Source: Pristiophorus japonicus | Lineage: Eukaryota | Reading direction: 5' to 3' | NCBI RefSeq assembly: GCF_044704955.1 | Contig: NC_091999.1 | Location: 16,182,001 to 16,246,000 of the forward strand | DNA length: 64,000 nt | Shown here: positions 12,841 through 25,939 of the stretch, in pieces | Layout: each line of letters starts with the position of its first letter | Position numbering within the stretch: the first letter of the stretch is position 1 | The notes under the pieces: model-generated | Databases searched by the model: none | What the model saw: the letters and a program-made list of their open reading frames with translations, nothing else | Told to the model about the DNA's origin: nothing | Position numbers and translations under genes: made by a program

Positions 12841-13268
12841 TGGAAGTGCCCGAGGCAGAAGGAGTCACGGAACTTGAGTTTTACACTGTGTGAGCTGCAC
12901 CATCATGGCAGCTGGAAGCTAGGATTGTTCTCCTTAGAGCCGAGCAGGTTATGGGCCACTTATCAGAGGTGCTCAAGAATATGAAGAGTTTTGATCGGGT
13001 AAAATGGGAGATACTCCATCACTCCCTCCCAATATACTTCCCTCCCACCACACGTCTCTCCTTCCCTCCCATCCATCATCCCTCCCTCCCTCCATCCCTC
13101 CCACCCTCCACCGTCTCACCTTCCCACCCTCCCTTCATCACTCCCTCCCACCATCCGTGTCACGCTCCTTCCATTTCCAGCCCTCCATACCTCCATCCCT
13201 CCCTCCATCAATCTCTCCCTCCCCGCACCCATCCCTCCCACTCTCCGACCATCCCTCCACCTCATTAC

Positions 13269-13724
13269 GTTATGATGATAGATTGAGTACACTGGGTATT
13301 TACTAATTGGAGTTCAGAAGGATGAGGGGTGATCTTCTAGAAACATTTAAAATAATGAAAGGGATAGACAAGATAGAGGCGGAGAGGTTGTTTCCACTGG
13401 TCGGGGAGACTAGAACTAGGGGGCACAGCCTCAAAATAAGGGGGAGCCCATTTAAAACCGAGTTGAGAAGGAATTTCTTCTCCCAGAGGGTTGTGAGTCT
13501 GTGGAATTCTCTACCCAAGAAAGCAGTTGAGGCTAGCTCATTGAATGTATTCAAGTCACAGATAGATAGATTTTTAACCAATAAGGGAATTAAGGGTTAT
13601 GGGGAGCGGGCGGGTAAGTGGAGCTGAGTCCACGGCCAGAGCAGCCATTATCTTATTGAATAGCGGAGCAGGCTCGAAGGGCTAGATGGCCTACTCCTGT
13701 TCCTAAGTCTTATGTTCTTATGTT
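13269..13724 (+). mobile_element. Young CR1 3' fragment inserted in the C-rich tract
   Basis: Clean 106-aa ORF EFRRMRGDL...RRNFFSQRVVSLWNSLP...GERAGKWS with a (TTCTTATG)n tail. Confidence 0.93.
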
Positions 13725-14217
13725 CACCCCTCCATCACACCACCCCTTCCTTGCTCCACTCCTCCCTACCTCCATCCTTCTCTCAGCTCAGCCGTTTCTT
13801 ATTTTCCCTTTGCAGATTTTCTGCTCCCATCGATGAGGATTCCTCAGCTTGAATTTTCTGCACCCAATTCCTTATATTAACAAATAAGAGAGAAAGCCAC
13901 AGCAAATGGATATATTTCATCCACCTGCCTAAAAACAAACTGATGAGAAATAAAATGGTGACCTTTCCGGAGAGGGAGTTGGCTGGGGAACTGGCACTGG
14001 GTAGAAATTATCGTTGGGTCAGTCGGGATATTTTTCCTTTTCATAAATAAAAAATAGAAGGGTAACATCTTTAAAATTGTTTTAAATCATCGCCGACTTT
14101 CAGCTTCTCGTTTTCACTCCCCATTCTCGCTGTTGAGAATGGGCCAGTGCCCGCCTGGAGCTTGTTGCCATTGTGTGTACGGTACGGTAGCTCGCAAGCT
14201 CTCGCTACACGGACAGA

Positions 14218-16820
14218 CTTGGAGAGGCTGGGGCTGTTCTCCATACAGCAGAGAAGGGTGAGGGGTGATTCAGTAGATTGGTACCTGCATGAGGGACTTC
14301 AGTTAAAGTGGAGATTGGAGAAGATGTGATTGCTCACCTTGGAGGGGGCACGGTTGAGGGCATGTGTAATAGAATGGTACAAGGGATGAGGGACTTCAGT
14401 TAATGTGAAGAGACAGGAGAAGATGGGATTCTGTTCTTTAGAGGAGAGAAGTCGAAGAGAAGATTTGATAGACTTTTTTGAAAATATCAATCATTCGACA
14501 GAGTAAATAAACAGAAACTGTTTCAGATGGATGGTGATTGACAAAAGGACAAGAAGCGATATGTAGACGAAATTCTCTATGCAACCACTGGTTAGGATTT
14601 AGAGTGTACTGCATGATATGGTGGTAGATACAGATTCAACAGTAGTCTTCAAAAGGAAATTGTGTAAGTATTTGAAGGAGAAAAAATGCAGGGATATAGG
14701 GAAGGAGCGGGGGATTGACATTAATGGGATTGCTCTTCGAAAGAGCTGGCACAGACTCTATGGGCTGAATGCCACCCTGTGTGCCGTACTAATCTATGAG
14801 TGACCATAACATGGTTGAATTTCAAATTCAGTTGCGGCGGGGGGAAGGGGGGGGGGCGGTGGTCGGTGAGAATCGATTCACAAACCAGTGTCCTAAGTTT
14901 AAATGAAGGACACTATGATGGCAAAGTTGGCTAAAGTGGACTGGGAAAATAAATAAAAGGATGGGACAGCTGATGAGCCGTGGCCGACATTTAAGGAGAT
15001 ATTTCATAACTCGAAACAAAAATATATCCCAATGAGAAGGCAACATTGCATGAGAAGGGATAACCATCCGGGGCTAACTAAGGAAATAAGGGAAGGTATC
15101 AAATTGCAAACAAATGCATACAATTTGGCCAAGACGAGTGGGAGGTCAGAGGATTGGGAAACTTTAAAAACCTAGCAAAGAAATAATGAAACATAAAGAG
15201 AGGGAAGATAGATTATGAAAGTAAACTAGCCCGAAATATAAAAACAGGTAGTAAAAGTTTCTACAGGTGCATAAAAAGGAAAAGATTGGCTAAAGTAAAT
15301 ATTGGTCACCGAGAGGATGAGACTGGGCAATTAATAATGGAGACCAAAGAAATGGCAAAGTCGTTGAAGAAATATTTTGTATTTGTCTTCACGGTAGAAT
15401 ACATTAAAAACATTAATATATTGGAACATCAAGGGGCTATAGGGAGGGAGGAGCGTATTACAATCACGATCACTAATGAAGTAGTACTCGGTAAAATAAT
15501 GGGACTCAAGACGGACAAGTCCCCTAGACCTGACGGCTTATATCCTAGGGTCCTAAAATAAGTGGCTGCAGAGATAGTGGATGCTTTGGCTGTAATCTAC
15601 CAAAATTCCCTGGATTCTGGGGCGGACCCAGCAGATTGGAAAACTGCAAATATAACGCCCCCTATTTAAAAAAGAAGACGGACAAAAAGCAAGAAACTAT
15701 AGGTCAATAAGCCGAACGTCAGCCATTGGAAAAAAGCTGGATTCCATTCAGTAAGCAGTAGCGGGACATTAAGAAAAGCATCAAGCAGAGTCAGCATGGT
15801 TTAATGAAAGGGAAATCATGTTTGACAAATTTGCTGGAGTTATTTGAAGATGTAACAAGCAGGGTGGATAGTGGGTGACCAGTGAATGTGGTGTATTTGG
15901 ATTTCTAGAATGCATTCAATAAGGTGCCACATAAAAGGTTACTGCACAAGATAAAAGTTCACAGGATTGGTGTTAATATACTAGCATGGGTAGAGTGTTG
16001 GCTAACTAGCAGATCGGCGAGTCGGGATAGTTGGGTCATTTTCTGGTTGGCAAACAGTGACTAGTGGTGTGCCGCAGGGATCGGTGCTTGGTCCTCAACT
16101 ATTTACAATCTATAATCATGAATTTGGATGAAGGCACTGAGTGTAATGTAGCCTAGGTTGCTGATGATATAAAGATGGGTGAGAAAATTGTGAGGACACA
16201 AAAAATCTGCAAAGGGATATAGACAGGCTAAGTGAGTGGGCAGAACTGTACACGATATTGTACTAGAGTACTGCAATAAGGTTTTGATCTCCCTATTTAA
16301 GGAAGGATATACTTACATTGGAGGCTGTCCAGAGAATGTTTACTAGCATGAGTCTGGAGGGGAGGTAGTTGACTTATGAAGATAGGTTGAGTCGGTTGGG
16401 CCTATACAGATTGGAGTTCAGAAGAATGAGAGCTGATTTTACTGAAAGATTGGAAAACGATGGGGCTCAACAAGATGAATTCAGAGAGGATATTTCCACT
16501 CAAAGGGGAGAAAGAAACTAGGGGACATAGTCTCAGAATAAGGGGCAGTATATTTAAAACTGAAATGAGGAGGAATTTCTTCTCTGCGAGGATTGCATAT
16601 CTATGGAACTCTATGCCCCAGAGAGCTGTGGAAGCTAGACATTCAATATATTTAAGGCGGAGAGAGACAGATCTTTGAGCGATAAGGGAATAAAAAATTA
16701 TTGGGAGCGGGCAGGGAAGTGGGGCTGACTCCATGATCAGATCAGCCATGACCTTACTATATGACTGAGCAGATTCGAGCGGCCAGTTGGCCTACTCCTG
16801 CTCCTAGTTCTTATGTACTT
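14218..16820 (+). mobile_element. Compound CR1 remnants (old 3' pieces plus a 5'-truncated ORF2 with an internal deletion)
   Basis: KIDYESKL, GLKTDKSPRPDG, KSCLTNLLE, GVPQGS, RRNFFS. A deletion at ~16245 joins the RLSEWA region to the LEYC region. Confidence 0.9.
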
Positions 16821-16829
16821 ATATTTTTA

Positions 16830-16935
16830 TATTTATATTGCACTGGGCACTGTAGCTATTTATATTACACTAGGCCCTGCCTCTGTTTATATTACACTAG
16901 ACCCGGTCTCCCTTTATGTTGGACTAGGTCATGTA
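16830..16935. repeat. 27-bp minisatellite (TATATTACACTAGACCCTGTCTCTGTT), short array
   Basis: 9-aa periodicity (YITLDPVSL) in the ORF track. Confidence 0.8.
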
Positions 16936-16954
16936 TCATTGCACTTCACAAGAA

Positions 16955-18415
16955 AACCCAGCAGATTGGAAAACTGCAAATGTAAGGCCCCTATTTAAAA
17001 AAAGGAGATTGCCAGAAAGCAGGTAACCATACATCAGATAGCCTAAAATCTGTGTTTGGGAAATTGTTGGAGTTCATTTTTAAAGAAGCTGTAGCATGAT
17101 ATTTGGAAAATCATAATTCGGTCAGGCAGACTCAGCATAGATTTATGGAGAGGAAGTCTTGTTTGCCAAATTTGGTGGAAATCTTTGAGGATGTCACGAA
17201 CAGCGTGGATAAAGGGGAACCAGTGAATGTGGTGTATTTCGACTTCCAGAAGGCATTTGACATCGTGCCACATTAAAGATAACTTCACAAGATAAACCTT
17301 CACGGGGTTGGGGTAATATATTAGCATTGATAGAGGATTGTCTAATTAACAGAAAACAGAGAGTCGGGCTAAATTGTTCATTCTCGGTTTGGCAATCAGT
17401 AAATGGTGGCGTGCCGCAGGGATCAGTGCTGGGGCCCCAGCTATTTACAATCTATACTAACAAATTGAATGAATGGACCGAGTATAACACAGAGAAGTTT
17501 GTTGACGATACAAAGTACAAAGATGTGAGGAAAAGCAATGTGTAAGGAAGACACAAAAAATCTGCAAAAGGACGCAGACAGGCCATGTGAGTGGGGAAAA
17601 ATTGACAGATGGAGTATAATGTAAGAAAGTGTGAGATCATGCACTTTGGCAGAACAAATCAAAGAGCAAGTTTTTAATTAAATGGAGAAAAATTGCAAAG
17701 TGCTGCAGTACACCGGGACCTAGGGGTACTTGTGCATGAAACACATAAGGTTAATATGCAGGGAACGGAAGTGATCATGAAGGCCAATGGAATTTTGGCC
17801 TTTATTACAAAGGGGATGGAGTATAAAAGCAGGTTGGTCTTGCTACAGTTATACAGAGTATTGGTGAGGCCACACCTAGAAAACTGCGTACAGCTTTGTT
17901 TTCCACATTTTCGAAAGGTTATACTTCCTTTGTAGGAAGTCCAGAGAATGTTCACTAGGTTGATTGCGGAGATGAGGGGCTTGACTTACGAGGAAGGGTT
18001 GAGGAGGTTGGGCATCTACTCATTGGAATTCAGAAGAATGAGAGGTGATCTTATCGAAAAGGTGGATGCAGAAAGGATGTTTCCACTGATAGGATAGACT
18101 AAAACTAGGGGCATAATCTTAGAATAAGGGACCGTCCATTTAACACTGGAATGAGGAGGAACTTATTTTCTCATAAGGTTGTAAATCTGTGGAATGCACT
18201 GCCTCCGAGAGCTGTGGATGCCGGGAAATTGAATAAATTTAAGACAGAGATAGACAGTTTCTTATGCGATAAGGGATTAATGTGTTACGGCGAGCGTGCA
18301 AGGAAGTGGATCTGAGTCCATGATCGAATCAGCCATCTTCGTATTGTATGGCTGAGCAGGCTCGAGGGGCCGTATGGTCTACTCCTGCTTCTATTTCTTA
18401 TATTCTTATGGTCTT
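16955..18415 (+). mobile_element. CR1 RT-3' fragment, copy-specific
   Basis: GVPQGSVLGPQLF, KFVDDTK, RPHLENCVQ and a 'tcttatattcttatg' tail. It splits 'cttcacaaga|caatgtctgtttgtgtc', which is contiguous at ~29400 and ~43460. Confidence 0.92.
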
Positions 18416-19097
18416 CTAATGTTACAATGTCTGTTTGTGTCAGCCGAGGCTCAGCGTGTCTCACTTCGCTCCGGTCTCAGATGGTTTTGGGATAAACTCC
18501 CACTCCAATGAATATATCTCTATTTATTGCACAACACACCCTGTCTCCGTTATTTCTGCGTCTGTTAGATAGGCAGAAGATATATAGACGGTGGATAGAT
18601 ATTAATAAAAATAAAGATATATATGTGTGTGGGTGGGAATATTCAATACTTTTTTGGTTAAAACATATGTTTAGTTTCACTAATAGGTAACAAGAGTTGT
18701 GGGCAATGTCGAAATGATCTGGCATTGTGTCGGTAATATTTGTGTTGAGAGGATGGGGTGAATCTTGTAACAATCTCCCAGAGATGGACTGGGATTGAGG
18801 GACAGGACTGAAGGTGAGCAATTCACTGCACTTTGCAATACTTAGTGGCACTCTGTGTGTTAACGGTTACTAATTCACACTTGTGTTGTACTGTGCCAAT
18901 TGCTCCCAGTTCTTTAATGTTAAGGATTGTTTTTCCTGCAGTATTTTCTATTGAGCTTTCACATGGCACACTGATTGTGACAGACAGAGCCTGGAACCGT
19001 GACCTCACATCACCGCCGGATGGGCGGCCGCAGGGTCCAAACATCCACCGGAAGAACAACTCATCTGCTTAAGACGAACAACTGAAAAGAGCACACA

Positions 19098-19299
19098 NNN
19101 NNNNNNNNNNNNNNNNNNNNNNNNNNNNNNNNNNNNNNNNNNNNNNNNNNNNNNNNNNNNNNNNNNNNNNNNNNNNNNNNNNNNNNNNNNNNNNNNNNNN
19201 NNNNNNNNNNNNNNNNNNNNNNNNNNNNNNNNNNNNNNNNNNNNNNNNNNNNNNNNNNNNNNNNNNNNNNNNNNNNNNNNNNNNNNNNNNNNNNNNNNN
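19098..19299. other. N gap at the (TG)n microsatellite position
   Basis: N run flanked by the sequences that flank the TG tract in other units. Confidence 0.9.
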
Positions 19300-19789
19300 T
19301 CATTCATAAGGTGTGCAAGTGCATTTCACAAAGATAAATTATTAGCTCCAACCATTATTTTTCAGCATTTTATTTTATTCAACAGCTAATTGCAGATCGT
19401 TTAATACCTTTAACATTTATTGATAACACATTGTCTTGAGTGCTCTTCTTTAGAAAGTGATGTCACACTGACCATTGCATTACCAAGGTGACCATGTCTG
19501 TCCGCAGTATTCAGTGGGAAAGTGGATTAAATCACACCGAGAATAATGAGCAGCCAGGCACCAGTCTCTGTGCTTTATTCTCCAGTGATCACCTCACCAT
19601 CACACAGAATCCGCAGATATACACCTCAAGTGTATGATTATTGGTGCAAGTGATGGTAAACATGAAACTGCACCTGTACCTGGCATGAGATTAATAAATC
19701 TGTAATTATCTGACTTATTGTCTCTCTCATTACACTAGATCCCATCGCAGTTTTTACTGCAGTAGACCCAGTCTCAGTTTATATAGTTG

Positions 19790-20900
19790 ATGTGATGAAC
19801 TTCCAAAAGGCATTTGATAAAGTGCTTTGATAATATCCTTGCCAGAAAAGTTAAATCCCATAGAATAAAAGGGACAGTGGCATCATGGATATGAAATTGG
19901 CTGAGTGACAGGAATCAGAGAGCTGTGGTTTTGTTTGGTCTGGAGGAAGGTATACATTGGTGTTTCGCAGCGGTTGGTACTAGGAACACTGCTTTTCTTG
20001 ATTTATATTCATGACCTAGATTCGGGTGTACTCGGTACAATTTCAACATTTTCAAACGATTCAAAGCTTGGAAGTTTAGTGAACAGTGAGGAGAGGAGGA
20101 TAGTGATGACTTCAAGAGGACAGCAACATGCTGGTGGAATAGACGGACACGTGGCAAATGGAACGCAGAAAAGTGTGAAGTTATACATTTTGGTCGGAAG
20201 AACGAGGAGATTAAAATTAACTAAAGGGTACAGTACTAAAAGCTGTGATGAACTCAGGGACCTGGGGGTATATATGCAAAAGTATTTGAAGGTGGCAGGG
20301 CTGGTTGAGAAAGTGTTTTAAAAAAACATATGGGATCCTGGGCTTCATAAATAGAGGCATATAATATATAAGCAAGGAAATTATGATGAACCTGTGTAAA
20401 ACACGGTTTCGGCCTCAAGCTATTACTGTGTCAAATTCTGGGCACCGTACTTTAGGAAGGATGTGAACGTCTTAGAGAGGGTGCAGAAAAGATTTCCCTG
20501 TGGTTCCAGGGATAAGGTACTTCAGTTATGTGGATTGACTGGAGTAGCTGGGGTTGTTCTCCTTAGAGCAGAGAAGTTTGAGATGAGACTTGATAGAGGT
20601 GTTCAGAATCATAAGGGGTCGAGACAGAGCAACTGGAGAGAAACTGTTCCCATTGGCGGAAGGGTCGAGAACAGAGGATACAGATTTGTCGCATTGGCAG
20701 AACAACCTAAATCGACACGAGGAAAACTTAGGATCTGGAATGCACTGCCTGAAAGAGTGGTGGAGACAGATTCAATCATGGCATGGAATTGGATAAGTTC
20801 CTGAAGGAAGAACAATCACAGGGCTACGGAAAAGGGCGGGGAGTGGACTAGCTGAAATACTCTTGCAGAGAGCGGCATGGTCTATATGGGCCGAATGACT
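19790..20900 (+). mobile_element. Old CR1-type remnant (unit module)
   Basis: LVLGTLLFLIYIHDL, FSNDSKLG, LERVQKRF, IWNALPERVVE. Confidence 0.85.
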
Positions 20901-21204
20901 CTCACACCTGCATGACAGGAACGAATAAAACAATGTCCCTGTATCAGTACTTACTGCACTAGGCCCTACCTCAGTCATTACAGTAATAGAACTATTAATA
21001 TTGTACTAGGCCCTGTCTCATATATTACTGGAATAGGCAATGCCTTTATTCCTATTACACAAGTCCCTGTCTCTGTTTATATTAAACTAGACAAGGACAC
21101 TGTTTGTATTACTCTAGCCCCATCATTTCACTTCACTAAACGAGACAATGTCTCTGTTTATGTTAATTTAGACCCTGTCACTGTTATTAATGCACTAAAC
21201 ACTG

Positions 21205-21480
21205 TAACTCACGGGTCAGGTACAGCATGCGTCAGATAAAGAGTAAACCGACCTCTACATTTGAATCAAACATTCCCAGGACAGGTACAGTAGGGGTTAG
21301 ATACAGTTTAAAGCTCCCTCGACTCTGTCCCATCAAACACTCCCATGACAGGTGCAGAATGTGCCAGATCCAGAGTAAAGCGACCTCTACAGTGTCCCAT
21401 CAAACACTCCCACCGCAGGTAGAGCACAGTTTAAATACAGAGTAAAGCTCTCCCTACACTGTCCTATCAAACGCTCCCAG
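21205..21480. repeat. 67-bp minisatellite array
   Basis: About 4 diverged copies of the 67-bp unit. Confidence 0.85.
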
Positions 21481-22357
21481 ATCGTTTAATGCACAGGTCA
21501 CATCCTGGATTAAATCTCCCTCTGCGCATTCCAATCAAGTTGGTTCGAGGCGTATCATTAGGGTTCAAGGAAAACTTTTGTTAGATTTTAATATCTAGTT
21601 GTGGGAGATGGCCAATTATCCATTCGTGAGAGACAATACAAAAAGTGGAAATAGGAGATGGAGAGGTTACAGGGAATCTCCACTGACACATTTGTAATGT
21701 TACTATAGACGGTGAATCGAATATTTCACCATTCTGTCCCTGGGTATCATCTTTACTTTATTCTCCTGTAATTTAAGAAATGTCCCCCCAAAAATTGCTA
21801 CTGGAATCCGTTGAGAAATTTCATTTCTTTCTCGGTTTATTTCTATGCTGTATTGGTGGGGAAACATTTAAATTGTTTCTGTCACTCAATACTCTAATCT
21901 GGGACTTCTATTTCTGTGTTTATTTACATAACCGCCTCACTGGTTCCCATGAAGTGTTCATGGCAGCAAAATCAGATTAACAGAGTCATTTATTGATTCG
22001 TCTCCTCTCACAACAATTGTTTATTTTAAAAATATTGAATGTTGGTACAACATTAATAGAAAAATCCACAACAGTGAGGTTTGCTTCAGTTTTTTTCAAT
22101 TAGAACAGATGTCATTTATATCAAAGAAATACATAGTAAAATTAATAATTCAGTTTTGAAAGATCTACTGCCGAAATTAATGCAACATCTCTGAACAGGC
22201 TGCTATTCCACTGGATCTCCACTTAGTGTAAGATTTAACCCATTGAAACTAAACAAGTAAAACCAGTGAAAAGAGGAGTGTCCTACAATCACATTAATAT
22301 CTGAGCTTTTCACATATATCAACTTGTATTTACAAGTGTTGACATTTAGAAACACCC

Positions 22358-22804
22358 TGCATTTATATAGTGCCTTTCTTGACCTCATGATGTCCCAAAG
22401 TGCTTTACAGCCAATGAATTACTTTGGAAGTGTGCTCACTGTTGTAATGTAGGAAACGTGGCAGCCAATGTGTGCACAGCAAGCTCCCACAAAGAGCATG
22501 ACATATTGATCAAATAATTTGTTTTTCAGATGTTGGTTGAAGTATAAATATTTGCGCTGGAAACCCTGGAGAACTCATCTGCTCTTCAATATAGTGCCAT
22601 GAATCCCTTAAATGCAACTGAGCAGAAAGATGAGGCCTCATCTTATTGTCTGCCCTGAAAGACGGTATCTCGGACCGTGCAGCACTCCCTCAGAACTGGC
22701 ACCGGGCTTGTCGGCATAGATTATTGGCTCAGGTCTCTGGAATGTGGTTTAGTATCTGTGACCTTCTGAATCACAGGCGAGAGTCATCCCACTGAGCCGA
22801 GGCT
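22358..22804 (-). mobile_element. DeuSINE (SacSINE1-like)
   Basis: Paralogue of 12210-12645. Confidence 0.87.
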
Positions 22805-24130
22805 TGAACATATCACAGCTTGTACTTTAAAATGTTCACATTCAGCTCATCGTGTCTGACGTTCAGTGCCTGCGCCCAGTCTTACACTGATCGATTTATT
22901 TATTATCAGGGCGAGTTCTCTTATCTTGCCCGTGATGTCATTCCCACACTGGTATTTTCACTGGATCCATATAAAAGTGACGCCGACTCCGCAAGGAACA
23001 TCTGGATGTGCCCTAGGCAGAAGGGCTCACGGAACTTGAGTTTTACACTGTGTGAGCTGCACCATCAAAGCAGCTGAAAGCTGGGATTGTTCTCCTTAGA
23101 GCCGAGCGCGTTATGGGCCACTTAATAGAGGTTTTCCAAGTCATGAAGAGTTTTGATCGGGTAAATTGGGAGATACTCCATCACTCCCCCCACCATCCCT
23201 CTCGCCCTCCACCCGTCTCTCCTTACTTCTCTCCCTTCATTCTTACCTCCGTTCATACCTCCATCCCTCCCTCCATCAATCGCTCCCTCCCTGCAGCCAT
23301 CCCTCCCTCCCTCTGTCCATCCCTCCACCATTCCTCCATACTCCACCATACTTCATCCCTCCCTTGTTCCACTCCACCCTCCACTCTTTCCTCCCTCAGC
23401 CCAAACGATTATTATTGTTCCCTTTGCAATGTTTCAGCTTCATCGATGACGATTCCTCAGCTGGAATTTTCTGCACCCAATTCCTTCAGCGGGGTTTCAT
23501 ATGTATTAATAAGTAAGAGAGAGCGCGATGGCAAATATATATATTGAAGCCCCCACGCTAAATAAAACTGACAAGAAATGAAATGCTTACCTTTCAGGAG
23601 AGGGAGTTGGCTGGGGAACCGGCACTGGGTAGAAATTCTGGTTGGGGCAGTCGCGATACCTTTCCTTTTTTAAATAAAAAAAATAAGATAACAATTTTAA
23701 AAAAATTTCAAGACATCGTCGGCTTTCAGCTGCTCTTTTTTCCTCCGCCTTCTCGCGGTTGAGGACGGGCCTGTGCCCGCCTGGAGCTCGCTTCATTGTG
23801 TGTACGGGACGGTAGGATTGAAGCTCTCACTACGTGGCCAGACTTGGAGAAGCTGGGGCTGTTCTCCTTACAGCAGAGAATGGTGAGGGTGTATTTACCA
23901 GATTGGTACCAGGGATGAATGACTAGAAACATTAGTTCAACCCCAGCTGGAGTATTGTATCTAATTCTGGGCACCACACTTTAGGAAGGACGTGAAGACT
24001 TTCGATGGAGTACAGAAGAGATTTACTGGAAATGTATCAGGGATGGGGGATTGGAATTATGTGGAGAGACTGGAGAAACTGGAGCTGTTCTCCTTAGATT
24101 AGAAAAGGTTAAGAGGAGATTTAGTAAATT

Positions 24131-25507
24131 ATAAGAACATAAGAACATAATAAAGAGGAGCAGGAGTGGGCCATACGACCCCTCGAGCCTACTGCGCCAT
24201 TCAGTGTGATCATGGCTGAACTGACAATGGACTCAGCTCCACTTCCACGTCCGCTCCCCATAGACCCTTATCCCCTTATCGTTTAAGAAACGGTCTATCT
24301 CTGTCTTAAATTTATTCAATATCCCACCTTCCACAGCTCTCTGAGGCAGCGAATTCCACAGATGTACAACCTCTGAGAGGAGAAATCTCTCCTCATCTCA
24401 GTTTTAAATGGGTGGCCCCTTCTTCTAAGATCGTGCCCTCGAGTTCTAGTCTCACCCATCAGTGGAAACATCCTCTCTTCATCCACCTTGTCAAGCCCCT
24501 TCATAATCTAATAAGTTTCGATAAGATCACCTCTCATTCTTCTGAATTCCAATGAGTAGAGGCCCCAACTACTCATCCTTTCCTCATAAGTCAAACCCTT
24601 CATCCCATGAATCAACCTAGTGAATCTTCTCTGAACTGCCTCCAAAGCACCTATATGCTTTTGTAAATATGGACTCCAAAACTGCATGCAGTATTCCAGA
24701 TGTGGCCTCAGCAATACCTTATATAGCTGTAGCAAGGCTTACCTGCTTTTATACTCCATCCCCTTTGCAATGAAGACCAAAATACCATTGGCCTTCCTAA
24801 TCACTTGCTGTACCTGCGTACAGTCCTTTTGTGTTTCATGCACAATACCCCCAGGTCCCGCTGTACTGCGGCACTTTGCAATCTTTCTCCATTTAAATAA
24901 TAATGCTCTTGGATTTTTTTCGGCCAAAGTGCATGCCCTCACACTTTACAACATTATACTCCATCTGCCAATTTTTTTCTCACTTACTTAGCCTGTCTAT
25001 GTCTTTTTGCAGATTTCTTGTGTCCTCCTCACACACTACTTTTACTCCCATCTTTTTATCGCCAGCAAACCTGGCTACGTTACACTCAGTCCCTTCTCCA
25101 AGTAGTTAATGTAGATTGTAATTAGTTGGGGTCGCAGCACTGATCCCTGCGGCATGCCATTAGTTACTGGTTGCCAATCAGAGAATGGACCATTTATCCT
25201 GATTCTCTGTTCTTTGCTCCAATCCTCTATCCATGTTAATATATTAACCCCAGCCCCGTGAACTTTTATCTTGTACAGTAACCTTTTATGTGGTACCTTG
25301 TCAAATGTCTTCTGGAAGTCCAAAGCACCCTATCCAATGGTTCCCCTTTATCCACCCTGTTCGCTACATACTCAAGGAACTCCAGCAAATTTGTCAAACA
25401 TGACTTCCCCTTCATAAATCCATGCTGACTTTGCCTCACCGAATTTTGCTTTTCCAAATGTCCTGCTACTGCTTCATTAATAATGGACTCCGACATTTTC
25501 CCAACCA
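24131..25507 (-). mobile_element. CR1 RT-3' fragment
   Basis: VGKMSESII...SCLTNLLEF, DFQKTFDKVPH, RPHLEYCMQFWSP, with a (TTCTTATG)n tail at 24131. Confidence 0.93.
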
Positions 25508-25939
25508 ATATTATTACCAGGCATGAGGGACTTCAGTTAATATGTACAAAGTGGAGAATATGGGATTGTTCTCCTTGGAGGAGAAAAGTCTAAGAGGAGA
25601 TTTGATAGATCTGTTTAAATTCATCAACGGTTTAGATAGAGTAAATAATTAGAAACTTTTTCAGATGTAAGGTGATTAACAAAAGAACCAGAGGCGATAT
25701 TTGGACGCAATTTTCTATGCAACCACTGGTTAAGATTTGTATTGTACTGCCTGGTAGGGTGGTAGATATAGATTCAATAGTTTCCTTCAAAAAGAAATTG
25801 TACAAATACTACAAGGAGGAAAAAATGCAGTGATATAGGGAAAGTGCACGGGAGTGGGACTAACTGGATTGTTCTTCGAAAGAGCCGGCGCAGACTCTGT
25901 GGGCTGAATTATCACCTTCTGTGCCATACTAATCTATGA

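Noticed and set aside
12747-12890. Coding exon GEFSYLAWDVIPTLGFPLGRYK...
   Set aside because: Differences between copies are mostly non-synonymous, with stops in the ~2058 and ~48484 copies. I recognise no homologue.
19005-19085. Chemokine-like last exon (VVRLK...CLDP)
   Set aside because: The frame exists only in this copy because of an indel, and no CC/CXC exon or signal exon was found.
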